DNA of 64,000 nt from Octopus sinensis. Lineage: Eukaryota. The stretch covers positions 46,438,001 to 46,502,000 of the forward strand of contig NC_042998.1 of assembly GCF_006345805.1 (NCBI RefSeq), in the 5' to 3' direction. The position numbers and the translations under genes were made by a program. The notes beneath the pieces were generated by a model. It was not told the origin of the DNA. It saw only the letters and a list, made by a program, of their open reading frames with translations, and searched no databases. Position 1 is the stretch's first letter. Every line of letters starts with the position of its first letter. Below, piece by piece: positions 51,166 to 64,000 of the stretch.

Positions 51166-51496
51166 CTAAGTAATTAAGAGGTTTAGCAACGATTTGCCTC
51201 ACCACACACCGAATCTAGAAATAGCAGTCAAAAGAGTTTTGGCTATTCTTCTCTACTTTAATATATATAATATATATTTATATGTATATATATAAATATA
51301 TATGTATATATATATATATATGAACAAAATAAGTACTAAGTTTAAAAAATAAGCCTTGGGGCAAAAAACTTCACAGCAGTGCTCTGACCACCATCAAATG
51401 ACTGAAACAAGTTAAAGAATAGTGTGTGTTGTATATATATATATATATCTATATATATATATATGTGTATATGTGTATATATAAATTCATCGCATA

Positions 51497-51529
<33 letters not shown>

Positions 51530-52111
51530 TAGAAACACACACGTAGAGATAGATATTGAGATAATTTATGATATTGAAGAAATACATAAAACTCTGTCTA
51601 GACAGCCTCAATGTGGGAGTCAAATTATAACATCAAAGAGTCCAAGGTGAAGTATAAACCCATTTAATCTCAAGGATCCATCCCAATGTAGAGGTCTATT
51701 CAAGGCTATAAAACACTTCAGAGTACCTGAACGAAACAACAAGACAATAAAGTACCATACTAGCCAATTAGAAAGAGGTAGCTAAGTTTTCGCACACTCC
51801 CGTTTTTTTTCTGACTAAATTACTATGATTCAATCAATGTATTAAAGATCTTGCTATAGTGTCATGATTGACTTTAGATATTAAACATCTGGGTGGGCAT
51901 TTAGGCAACTCTTGGCTTTTTAGGTCAATCTGCAATTACTCTTTTATTTGTTTCAGTCATTTGACTGTGGCCATGCTGGAGCACCGCTTTTAGTCGAGCT
52001 TCTTGGGAAGCCTACTACTTATTCTGTCGGTCTGTTTTGCCGAACCGCTAAGTTACGGGGACGTAAACACACCACCATCGGTCGTCAAGCGATGCTGGGG
52101 GGACAAACACA

Positions 52112-52149
<38 letters not shown>

Positions 52150-53821
52150 ACACACACACATATATACATATATACGACGGGCTTCTTTCAGTTTCCATCT
52201 ACCAAATCCACTCACAAGGCTTTGGTTGCCTGAGGCTATAGTAGAAGACACTTGCCCAAGGTGCCACACAGTGTGAATGAACCCGGAACCACGTCGTTGA
52301 TAAGCAAGCTACTTACCACAGAGCCACTCCTGCGCTTATATAGCCACTCCTGCGCCTATATGCTCAAGCTTGTTTTGAAATGGGTGTATATGTGTGTGTT
52401 ACATGTATGTATTATACATGAATTTATAACTGCATATGTGTACAACACACAGGGGCATGCGCACGCACACACATCCACGGTTTCACTTTAGTGTTTTTTT
52501 TGTTTTTACTAATTTTGATTTAAGTTTACGTGACGCTTCACCGTTTCCGTTTCCGCTTTCCACTATCCTTTCATTTTGCTTAGATTTCACTTCTTCAACG
52601 GTGACTTGAACCACACTCTGAACTTATGATAATATTATAACTACTACTTTTGGGCGCTACTTTAGCGTGCGCTCTACCGCTGAACCTGTGCTTGAGTAGT
52701 GAAACTACATGATCTGGGTTAGGATTGGGGGTTAGGATTTAAGGTTAAGATTAGGTTTTGGGTTTATAGTTAGAGTTTAGGGTTAGAGTAAAGGTTAGGT
52801 TAGACTTGCATGCCAAAATATAAATGACATCCGGTTGTCTAATATATTTTGTTAAATATTTTCAAGATTGAACAATAGAGTTTCAAATATCAAAGAAAGT
52901 GAGGCGGTGAGCTGATAGAATCGTACCAGCTAAGTACCGGAATCGATGTATTCGACTAATCTCATCCCTAAAGTTTCTGGCCTCGTGTCAAAATTTAAAT
53001 TCAGAAGTAGTCAGCTGGCAGAATCGTTAGCATGCCAGATAAAATACTTAGCGGTATTTCGTCTGCCGTTACGTTGTGAGTTCAAATTCCGCCGAGGTCG
53101 ACTTTGCCTTTCATCCTTTCGGGGTCGATTAAATAAGTACCAGTTACGCACTGGGTCGATATAATCGACTTAATCCGTTTGTCTGTCCTTGTTTGTCCTC
53201 TCTGTGTTTAGCCCCTTGTGGGTAGTAAAGAAATAGGTATTTCTTTCGGTTTTATGTTCTGAGCTCAAGTTTTCGATCGTGGTTGATTTTTGCCTGTCCT
53301 CCTTTTGATGTCGATTAAATAAGTACCAGTTGAGCACTGGAGTTGATGTAATCAACTTGCCTTCTCTCCCAAAACTTCTGGCCTTGTGTCTATGGTAGAA
53401 AGAAAGAAAAATGTACCAAAGAAAGTAATTTTCTCCGGAAATGAAAATTAATCTATAAAATTAACTAGCAGAACCGTTAGCATGCGAGGCGAAATGCTTA
53501 GTGACATTTCGTCCGTTTTTACGTTCTGAGTTCAAATTCCACCGAGGTTAACTTTGCCTTTCATCCTTTTCAGGGTTGATAAAATAACTCCCAGTTGAGC
53601 AATGGGGTCGATGTAATCGATTTAGCCTTCCCCCAGAATTACTGGTCTTGTGTGTCAAAAGTGGAAACCAATATATAAAAATCAACTTCAAAATTGAAAG
53701 GGTTAACAACAGCTCAACGTGGACGAAGTAATTATTAGAACAATTTACAGAAACGAAGAAAAGAAATCGCCGAATCTTCAGTAGCTTGAACACTCATATC
53801 ACACATACGTAATAACAGTAT

Positions 53822-53998
53822 TTGTTGTTGTTGTTAAGCAACAAGACGGGTAAGGGTGATTAGGTGATGGTCTAGGGCTTAGGGGCAAGAGACCCCAGAC
53901 CTTGGAAAAAAAAAATTGTGGTCGTCTTGTTGTAGTCGAGGGCTCTTCGTTGACGCCCGACACCACTGGGAGGTGGCTCTCGAAGTCGCTGGAAATGG
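53822..53998 (-). mobile_element. Second copy of the (CAA)n-tailed repeat
   Basis: Reverse complement of 38367-38540 with a small insertion. Confidence 0.7.
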
Positions 53999-54301
53999 AG
54001 ATCTCCAGGTCCAAATTCTTGGACGGCTAATAACAGTATAGAAGCAGTAGATAAAAGAAGGAAAAAAATAACAACTTTTTCGCATACAAACACGATTGTC
54101 ATATTTACTTTCTCGATTTCAATGAATCATTTAAATTTTGTTTGTACGTTTTTATTTAATAACATCATTAAAAACGTATGTCCGTCTTTTTTTTACCACG
54201 CTCTCGAATTGCACGTTGACTAGCAGAAGACAACTGTGTATGTGTGTGTACTACAAGGCACACATACATAAATACATACATATACATATATATTTATTCA
54301 T

Positions 54302-54334
<33 letters not shown>

Positions 54335-54354
54335 CATATGTATGTGTGTGTGTT

Positions 54355-54590
54355 TATCCATGAATCTCTGCCCATTATTCCTTGGCGGGTCATGGGATAG
54401 AGTCGTAAGTCACCTCCTCCATAGGGTCCTACCAGAAGTAACCGACATTAGACTACCCAGTTGAATACCCATGCATTTCAAACTGAGACTGTGGATATTA
54501 TTCAACTATCTCACACATGGTCTACCCCTTGTCTCCCGCCGGCTGGTTCGACTTGAAGAATGCGTGAGGCGATTCTTTCCTGCGACATTT
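54355..54590 (-). mobile_element. RTE-like LINE 3' remnant
   Basis: LKMSQERIASRILQVEPAGGRQG resembles the RTE C-terminal G.R.RGRP region. Confidence 0.55.
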
Positions 54591-54592
54591 TA

Positions 54593-54678
<86 letters not shown>

Positions 54679-55079
54679 CATGCCCATACACATACACACA
54701 CACATGCACATACACATATAGTTCACAGATAATATACAGATATTCTCTGTATAGAGGACACTTAGTAACGCTCAAAAAATTCAAACTTAGACTTCAATGT
54801 CTTTACAGGGGATCATTCAACAAGGTAAAGAAAGGCTATAACAGGGATCAGATTGAGCGGGTATAGAAGTAATTATTGAGATACGAAAATTAGACGCATC
54901 AAATATATTTAATATATTAATACACTTAGCTATGTACATTTAATCATTCCATCTCTGAACGTATATGTATATACACACATACATACACGCACTGACATAT
55001 ATACACTCTGATACACACGCATACACACATATACACACACATACGCAAATACATACGTACACACATATATACATATGTA

Positions 55080-55260
55080 TCATCTTAAGTGCATTAGGTT
55101 ATGTACCAGCAAATTTGTACAAAAACATAAAAATACTCGGTTTCACCGTGAAAGAGCAAAAAGAACTGATGAGGATTCTCCAAATCCAATCTATTAGTGG
55201 CACTGTGAAGATTTGTAAGACATTCCAAAAATTCACCATCTGAGATTCTTATGTGAATAA
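55080..55260 (+). mobile_element. R4/Dong-like LINE extreme 3' end (copy 1)
   Basis: IILSALGYVPANLYKNIKILGF..LMRILQIQSISGTVKICKTF*, then AATAAA. Confidence 0.75.
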
Positions 55261-55299
55261 ATGTGCACACTTCGGTGCTTGCATCGACAGTTCAACCAA

Positions 55300-56085
55300 C
55301 ACATGAACTCAGCTACATATTTACAAATACCAAGAATTCTCTTAACTAAAAAAAGTCTTTTCGCTTTGTTAGAGGCCGGTTATCAACAAGAAAAATCATA
55401 CATATCAGCACAAGGAATAATTTCAGTCTTCTATCTGTCTTTCAATATGAGGAATATTGATCGCATGTCCCCATCTAGATTTCTACGAAGAGCAGACATG
55501 ACAGACCTGCTAATGTTATTTGGCACTGAAAAGACTCCATGTATAGTCAAAGAGGTCAGTGGTCCTGCAAATGTGAACATCTTTCCGAAAAACAGTGAGA
55601 AGGAGAATATCTGTGAACAACTACTTTGAAATTTGCAGCTCTTCTATCCTGATTATAAATTTACATACATACCTATTTCTTTACTACCCACAAGGGGCTA
55701 AACACAGAGAGGACAAACAAGGACAGACAAACGGATTAAGTTGATTATATCGACCCCAGTGCGTAACTGGTACTTAATTTATCAACCCCGAAAGGATGAA
55801 AGGCATAGTCGACCTCGGCGGAATTTGAACTCAGAACGTAGCGGCAGACGAAATACCGCTAAGCATTTCGCCCGGCGTCCTAACGTTTCTGCCAGCTTAC
55901 CGCCTTTACATACATACCAATAATCATTGGTGCGCGGAGTTATATTGGTAAATGTCTAATCAACAATCTGGAGAGGCTAGGACCTTCAAGCGAATAAAGA
56001 GAACGACTAACACCAACTTTACAGATGTAATATGTAAGTGGAACAGTATAAATATGAAAAACTTGCCCAAAGTTAAATACGTAAC
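55300..56085 (+). mobile_element. R4/Dong-like LINE RLE-domain 3' fragment (copy 2), split by a SINE
   Basis: DL..EKT.CIVKEVSGPANVNI..EKENI..L.YPDYKFTYIP | TYIPIIIGARSYIG..NLERLG..SGTV.I.KT. Confidence 0.7.
55670..55906 (-). mobile_element. SINE family A copy inserted into a LINE with TSD
   Basis: tacatacatacc duplicated at 55662-55673 and 55907-55918. Confidence 0.9.
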
Positions 56086-57399
56086 AATTATTGTTATTGT
56101 CAACCAATTTTGTTTCTTTTTTAGAAACCAGTTCCCTCTTCTAAGGGAGAATGCTAATAATGAAAGTGACGCCATACTTACAAACATATGTACGTGTGTG
56201 TGTGTATGTTTACGTACATACATACATACATACATACATACATACATACATACATACATACATACATACATACATAACATACACATACATACATACATAC
56301 ATACTACATACATACATACATACATACATACATACATACGTACATACATACATACATACATACATACACATACATACATACATGCATACATACATGCATG
56401 CATACATACATACATACTTACATACATTCTCACACACCGACACCTACATACAATTTGGTTTACAAATTTACGTTGTTAATATACATTAACGAGAAAAAAG
56501 ACAAAAGGGGAAGAAGAAAGAAAAAAAGGAAAGATCCTCTCGAAAATAATTATATAAAAACTACAAACAAAAAAACATCCCATCAACGTGAACAACAACA
56601 AGAAAATCGATTTATGGATTAGCAAATAACAAATAGGAAAGAATAAAAATGTAAATTTACATGTAAATTTAACATGTTTCTCTACGAAACTCTTTTATTC
56701 AGTGAAATTTTGTAGGCGATATTCATTCTTAGTATAAATAAAGCTGGTTTGGTTTTTAAATAACAAATAGTTTCCAGTCTTCTTTCTTTCTTTCTTGTGT
56801 GCTCTCTCAATAACTGTTTCCGGTCTCAAAGCTACTTTTGTAACAAGAGGATTTGCCTAATAATTATTTATGTATTCACGTTCTCTAGTCGTCCCTGTTA
56901 AGGTAGAGGTGGTATTTGATCGTAATGGTGTTAGTAGTTGCAACAGCTGTAGTAGTAGTAGTATTAGTATTAGTAGTTGTAGTAGTAGTAGTAGTAGTAG
57001 TAGTTGTTGTTGTTGTTATAGTGAAGTAATGGGTGGTGGTAACATTGACAATAGTAACACAACAAGAGGCATAGCTGCCGTATGATTAAGACGTTTGCTT
57101 CAAAACCACGATGTTCCAGGTTTGATCCCACGCAGTGGAATCTTAAGCTAGTCTCACTCTTGGACTATATTACCGGGTAAATTAAAAATGTTTTGGCAGT
57201 AACAGTACGAAACACTATTCTGCATATATGGTTTCTACACTGCCGATTTTTCCCGACCGGGCAGTCCAATGGAGCCACTCAGTCAGTGTTGTTGACTGGT
57301 TTTAGCTAAAGCTACGATTTTAGATCTGCTCAGAGTTACCTCCCTTCGGTATTTCCCATTGATAACGGTTATAGAGCTAGAAACGCCGCGTCTGAGGAT

Positions 57400-58130
57400 C
57401 AGAAAGCGGGGCAGTACTGGACAGATGAAGTGTTTTATATCATTTGTAACACCTGTGGTTAAGTATGGTCTCGCATCCTATCTATATGTTCACAAGTACA
57501 CTTCTTCACATAATCTTCAGAGATGGTCCTTTTGCACTGCTCTCCTCTGCTGGTTTGCTGCTGTTCAAAAAGTGTTGTGCACTTATCGGAGAAGAAAAGA
57601 GATGCGAATGAACTCTAATCGCCAAAGTTCAAGTCGTGTGGACTTCAGCTTAGAGCAGATCTCACTCCAAAGTTCTTTTTAGTCCATATTCTACGGCCTT
57701 AAATGTTTTGCCCTTTCTCTTCTAGGTGATGGAACTTAGCATGGTTTGTGTCTCTCTTCTGCGTTTGATTTATTTTCCTCTGTTACAAGAAGTGATATGT
57801 TCCCAGGAGAGACCCTTAAATTTCCGGTAGTGCCGTTCTATTTCAGCTACCTGTCTACGTCCCGATCCTGTTGTAACGTCTTCATATCTAATCCTTTCAG
57901 TCTGGAGTCTATGTACATCATTACAACACTGCATATTACCACCTTGTTCTCTATTTGTAACTGCCAACATCTGACGTATAGCTCCACTAATGTGAAATCT
58001 TTCTTCGTCATATCTCGCCGCCTTCCTTAGATATCATAGGCAATTCATAGATCGACAGTGGTCATATTAGTATCAGCTTTCTAAGACAGAAAAGCCAGGC
58101 AAAGAAATGTCCTGTTAAATCTTATCCCTC
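57400..58130 (-). mobile_element. Highly decayed LINE fragment, possibly RTE endonuclease region
   Basis: Coding-like composition with many stops and weak motif traces on the minus strand. Confidence 0.3.
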
Positions 58131-58322
58131 TGTAGATTTCAGTCAGTTATTTACCTGTTTTGTAAGTAAAAAGGGCATAATACTACTGCGCTAGGCATTT
58201 TACTGGGGTTTTTCTCAATTGCTAGCATAACTTCCCGCTGAGCTTGAACTCGGAACTTTCTGGTTACTTTCAAACTTCTGATCAGTAATCTTTTGTTTTA
58301 TCTGAGCTAGAGTTATGTGCAT

Positions 58323-58358
<36 letters not shown>

Positions 58359-58409
58359 ACACACAGACACAGACACACAGACACACACACACACAGACAC
58401 ACACACACA

Positions 58410-58454
<45 letters not shown>

Positions 58455-59061
58455 GTATGTACATATATATGTATGCATGTGTATGTATATACATACGTAC
58501 ACACAAATATATATGTATAAACATCTATGTATGCATATATATATAATATATGCATATATACATATCCATATACGCACATGTGTGTGTGTATATATATATA
58601 TGTATATATATGTATATATATATTTGCATACATTTGTGTGAATGTACATGCATATATATATATATATATATGTATATGTATATGCATATATGTATATTCA
58701 TATCGTTGCTATTATGTTAAACTGTCGTATGTCCAAATATGGCCGAGTGCGTTGTTTTCAACATTTATTTTTGCATGCAGTAGCCGGTTCCTTTCGTCAA
58801 ACTATCGTATCTCCAGCTGCTTCAGCTGCCAAAATATCAAAAAATTGTCGATTTAGTACAACGGTTTTGCTATGTGGGATCGTGAAACTATTTTCGGCTT
58901 TTCTGAAAAAAAAAAAAAAAAAAAGCAACGTTTGGACTTACGACAATTTTGCATAATAGCAACGATACACACGCACAGAGACATATAAACGCGGGCGCGC
59001 ATATTCTAGCCTCTGTGTGCGTATGCCTTGATATACATATGCATGTGCGTTGGAGCGTGAT

Positions 59062-59120
<59 letters not shown>

Positions 59121-60239
59121 ACTAGTTTTTAATACTTTTTTTTTATAACGTCATTTTATTGAATAAGCAATAAGCCACCCTATTCTATAGAGAATACATT
59201 AACCGACTATAGTATTCATTTGTAAAGAGACACATGTGTGTATAGAACGATCTTATGTATTTCGGCTTTGTAGATAAATGAACAGATAAAATAGGAAACG
59301 AACCGTGTGCAGATATAGTTTATTATATTTTCGTGGTTGTTTAGATTTATGAGAAGCCTTATTTATATCAAATCTTATGCACGCATGAATGATTACAGGT
59401 ACGCACATACTCATATATATACGCGCGGCCGAAAGCTTACGTACGGTTCTAGTCTCACACACACACACACGCACGCACACACGCACGCACACACACACAC
59501 ACACAGACACACACACAACACACCCACACACACACACACACATACACGCACACACGTACACACACATATAACACATACACACACATTCAACTCGTCGTTG
59601 CCGTGTCCCTTTAGCGATTTGTCCTATATACACACAGCCATACATGCATACATACATACATACATACATACATACATACAGGCATTCAGAGACACACATA
59701 CATATACATACATACAAACATACATACATACATACATACATGCATACATATATATATATATATGCATATATATATGTATATATATGCATATATATACACT
59801 CACACTCATACACATACATGCAAACACGTACGCACACACGTACATACACATATACACACGCACGTAGCACGCACGCACACACACACACATACACACACTC
59901 TCATACAAAGATTCATAGCACCGACTACCTGTTGAGTCGTTGTGCATTAGTGATTAAGTTTCTCGGATAAACTAAAATTACTATATCTTGGCTATAAGCC
60001 TACATACTATATATATATAATACACACACACACATACACATATACACACAGACAGACACACACACACTCATACTCACACACACACACACACCACATACAC
60101 GCGCGCATATATATACACCACTCACACAGACAACAAATCTTGGAAATAAATGGGCCAATAGCATGAATATAGCTATTTGACGCAAGTAGTGATCTACTTA
60201 ACGAATTGTAGCTACTTCTTAGAAGTAGACAGAAAATAA

Positions 60240-61700
60240 ATACTTTGTAGTAATCACTAAAGGAATGGGGCTATGATTGAAAGTCTTGCTTGAATTTCAC
60301 TTGAAGTGGTAAAAGAATATTGTAGCGCCCGTTTTACCTGTGCTCTCTGTTATTGGATATAGTCTCCATTCCATTGTAAGGAAGTTTCTGCGATGCATGT
60401 ACACCAGAGGTATTCATAAGCTAATTCCTCAAATCGTCAATCAATATCACATCAATCAACAATGCTCTGAAATTAATAGCTAAACACTTTAAATTTTTGT
60501 TCAGTTATTTAAATATTTTCGGAGCATTACCACGTTTAATTGTTGCTCGTTGAGAGTGATGAAATGTTTTTGCAAAATCAAGTACTTTTATTACTTTTTG
60601 TGTCTTAATCGTTGTCTAGAATTATTTTGTGAATTTGTACGATATTCTGGTCGAAATGTTTACGACAAAATTGCCGTTGTTGTATAGTATAAGCTTTCTA
60701 ACTTCTCTGGTTTCGAAGATGATATCATCTTGGATTCTTTTGTTCATTATGCTTAATTTGCCAATCACAACTGTATCCTGCTTATAAATTGCCTTTGTGA
60801 TCTTTCAGTGTGATGTATGCTTAATGTATTGTTAGGTTCTCGTCTATCTGTAATGTTGCTAATAAAATTAGTTCTCTGTTCTATATGTCGAGGTTTTAAT
60901 TTTTTATTTGCTTTGGTAATGTTGTCCAGGCAGAGTTTTTGGTGAGTATCTTTGTCTGTTGCCTGCAGCTTTTTTCTTTGTCCTTAAATATTTAGGTTTT
61001 CTCTGACATCATAGTGATACGATGTTTGAATGTAATTTATTTTGGAAACTAAGTTATTTATTATTTTTTTTTTTGGAAACTAAGTTATTTTGTGGAGGCA
61101 CATGACCTAGTGGTTAGAGCAGTGGACTCGCGGTCGAGGGGTTCGAATATCAGATCGGGCGATATGTGTGTTTATGAGCGAAACACCTAAACTCCACGCG
61201 GCTCCGGCAGAAGGTAATGGTTAACTTCTGCTGACTCTTTCGCCCACAACTTTCTCTCACTCTTTCCTCCTGCATCTTGCAGCTCACCTGCGACGGACCG
61301 GCGTCCCGTTCAGGTGGAGAACCTATACGCCAAGGAAACCGGGAAACCGGCCCTTATGAGCCAAGGATGGCTCGAGAAGGAACAAAAAGTTATTTTTAGA
61401 TCTTACTATGTTTATGAGAATCATTTGGAATTTATTTGTGTTGTTAAGTTGTAGGTTTTGATGCCAGACGTTTGTGGTGTGGTACGTCACCTTTCTTTTT
61501 CTCTAAGTGGTAAGCATTCCACTACATACGTTTGATTATATCATCTATTGGGATTAGATATTTGATTACATCAGCCATTGGGACTAGTTATTTCAAGTAC
61601 TGCGTTCATGCCTGTATAGGTTCTTTTTGTTGAACATTCAAATTTGGTGCGCTCTACGTTCAAACAGCTCTCGTATATAGTGCTCAATATTGTGGAATCC
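60240..61700 (-). mobile_element. Highly decayed LINE RT region with a SINE inserted
   Basis: Minus-strand traces FRPEYRT and VLDFAKTF. Confidence 0.4.
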
Positions 61701-61786
61701 ACCAATATACCCAAATTTAAGAATTTGCTAATGAAAGAGACAGTGTAGATTTAATGCATATATATTACACTGTTTATTTAGACTTA

Positions 61787-62290
61787 CCGTAAATCCTCGA
61801 CTATAGTCCGCCCTTGAGTATAATACGCAGGGGATTTTTAGGGGGCTGTACTTCTGAAAAACCTAAACCATGTGTATAATACGCACCCCTTCTCTAACTT
61901 GATTCGTGCATAATTAAGCCAGCAGCACCTAGTCGAACAAACGCTTCCATGCATGCGTAATACAATAATGTTGATGTTCTTAACTGTTATATGGGAATGT
62001 AAATATGTTTGAAAATTGTTTTTGTTACATGTTATTCTGAATACTTTTATTTTAATAAATGTTGCTTACTGCAAGCTGTGGATGATTCTTTTATGACTTC
62101 ATTACTTTCGGGCTTAGCTTAAGGTATTTTCGGCGCGACATCACAAAATGTGTATGAATAAACATTGCTGGACAGACTCGGACATTGCTTAGAAAATATT
62201 TTTCATTTTAACCTCGTACATAGTACGCACTAGGGATTTTGACCTTTAAATTTTAGGAAAAAAGTGCGGATTATACTCGAAGATTTACGG
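61787..62290. mobile_element. Tc2/pogo-like MITE
   Basis: TA|CCGTAAATCCTCGACTATAGTCCGC ... GCGGATTATACTCGAAGATTTACGG|TA. Confidence 0.85.
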
Positions 62291-63146
62291 TAATTCTGTT
62301 TTTGTGTCTTTAGTATGAAAGACAAAGTCGATCTCGGAAGTATGTTAATAATAATTATGCTCTAAGTTCCAATTCCGCCTTGACAGGCTTTGCCTTTCAT
62401 CCTTTCGAGGTTAATAAAATGAGTACTAGTTAAGCATTTGGGTCGATGTAATCAACTTAGCTACTCCAGTGTAAGAGTATTAAAACTGATCTCCTCTGCT
62501 AAGCTATGCTGAGCCAGTGTGGTAGAGTTGGCTCTTCAAACCAGTGTGATCTCGAGCTCAAATTCACGGCCTCCACAGCATACCGTGGTAGGTGGAGAAA
62601 AAATACTGAGGCCTTCGCCCGGCAGAGGACTGAACATAGGATATCCAATCCGATCCAATCCAATAATAATTGTAATGATCTCCGACGTAGGTAGACGGCC
62701 AAAAACTTAAAACATCACGTACTATTTTCCTGACTATTGGTCGTTAAAAATATATTAGAAGAATTAAAAACAATAACATTAGGGTGTTGGGAGGGAAAAA
62801 AACCAAAATAAAAACAGGACAGTAAGAATTGCAACAAAAATAACAATAAAAATACAATAGAAACAACAGCAAGTAGAAAGCCAAAAAAAAAGGAAAACAA
62901 AAAATAAAACAAACAAACAAAATTCTGCAAAACGAAAACAGCAACAAAGCGACCGACAAAAACAGCAAAAACAACAAAACCAATCCCGACAACTCTTACC
63001 CCACCACAGAAGAATCGGATTTGAATTAAATCTGGGAATGATGTGAGAAAGAGTGGGTGTGTCAATTGCAGATACAATAGCGAAAGGAATAGCTTATATC
63101 TCTTATGATGTTTTTCAAACGGTAAATCAACTTTTTACAAACACAC

Positions 63147-63197
<51 letters not shown>

Positions 63198-63678
63198 ACA
63201 CACACACACACAAACACGCACACACACACACACACACACTCACACACTCACGCGCGCGCGTATATATTATATATGCGTGTATATGTATTCTAATTATTAC
63301 GTTTTAAATATATTTTTTGTAGTGTTGAGTATCGTAAATCTCTTGTATTACTAAAAGAGAAAGGAAATTCCCTTTGTGGTTTTTGTATGTTTATATGTTT
63401 ATATGTATTTATTTTATTCATTCATTCATTTAGTGGAGTTTTTTCTTTTTCTTTTTTTTCTTCAAACATTTTTTTTTTAAAGAAGAGACTGGATGTCGAC
63501 ATCGTGTGAACCATCTTCATATTTTTAAGGTGTTGTGTGAATTTTTAAACTCACGCACACGCGGAGGGAGAGAAAGAGAGAGAGATTGACAGATACAAAC
63601 AGAAACTGGGGGACTGAGATAGTGAGACAGATGGAAAGAGAGGAAGAGAGATTTAAGAGCGAAGGAGAGATAGAGAGT

Positions 63679-63721
<43 letters not shown>

Positions 63722-63871
63722 ATATATATATATATATACACATACACACACATATATATATGTGGATATATATATATAGATATAGATAAATATAGATATA
63801 TATATATATAATATAAATAATATATATACATACATATATACATTCACACACACACACAGACACATATATAT

Positions 63872-64000
63872 GGATCTTTTCCTTTTGAGCGGCAGATGTC
63901 AACACAATTTCTAGTTAACTAAACACTTTTAAACTTCGTATACTGGTAGAATGTGTTTATAAAACATAATTTTTTCTTGGCTTTATTGAGAAAATTCGAT
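63872..64000 (-). mobile_element. Second copy (window-truncated) of the 9500 MITE family
   Basis: GGATCTTTTCC..GCGGCAG start; aaacttcgtatactggtagaatgtgtttataaaac..ctttattgagaaaatt is the reverse complement of ~9800-9870. Confidence 0.8.

Noticed and set aside
55166-55172. CUGAUGA
   Set aside because: Lies in LINE coding sequence (ELMR) with no GAAA after a stem II
62506-62710. Two overlapping ~62-aa ORFs
   Set aside because: Ends in an (ATCCA)n-like tail and resembles a retroelement 3' end; no gene support
33717-63905. Many ORFs rich in YI/HT/CV/MYVC/LSIY
   Set aside because: Stop-free readings of di- and tetranucleotide microsatellites

Overview
AT-rich, microsatellite-saturated eukaryotic genomic DNA. 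The SINE families and repeat landscape point to an octopod cephalopod (inference). The only confidently recognisable host gene is the 3' end of ornithine carbamoyltransferase (OTC; last two coding exons, 1460-1597 and 2717-2776, + strand). The rest is intronic or intergenic sequence packed with tRNA-derived SINEs, decayed LINEs (CR1, RTE, L1/Tx1, R4/Dong-like), Tc1/mariner relics, MITEs and Helitron-like elements. Nearly all ORFs in the supplied track are microsatellite artefacts or TE fragments. The main non-obvious signal is RNA structure: about ten type I hammerhead-ribozyme (HHR) folds found by manual base-pairing, mostly in short (TA)n-flanked inserts resembling Penelope-like-element pseudo-LTRs. 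They include a ~360-bp tandem array with one HHR per unit (retrozyme-like; 49586-50383), a palindromic insert with opposed HHRs (4803-5538), a canonical HHR (23356-23434), and several copies with a compensatory U3-A8 core (UUGA[A/U]AA instead of CUGANGA). All folds are by eye; no activity, search or expression data were available.
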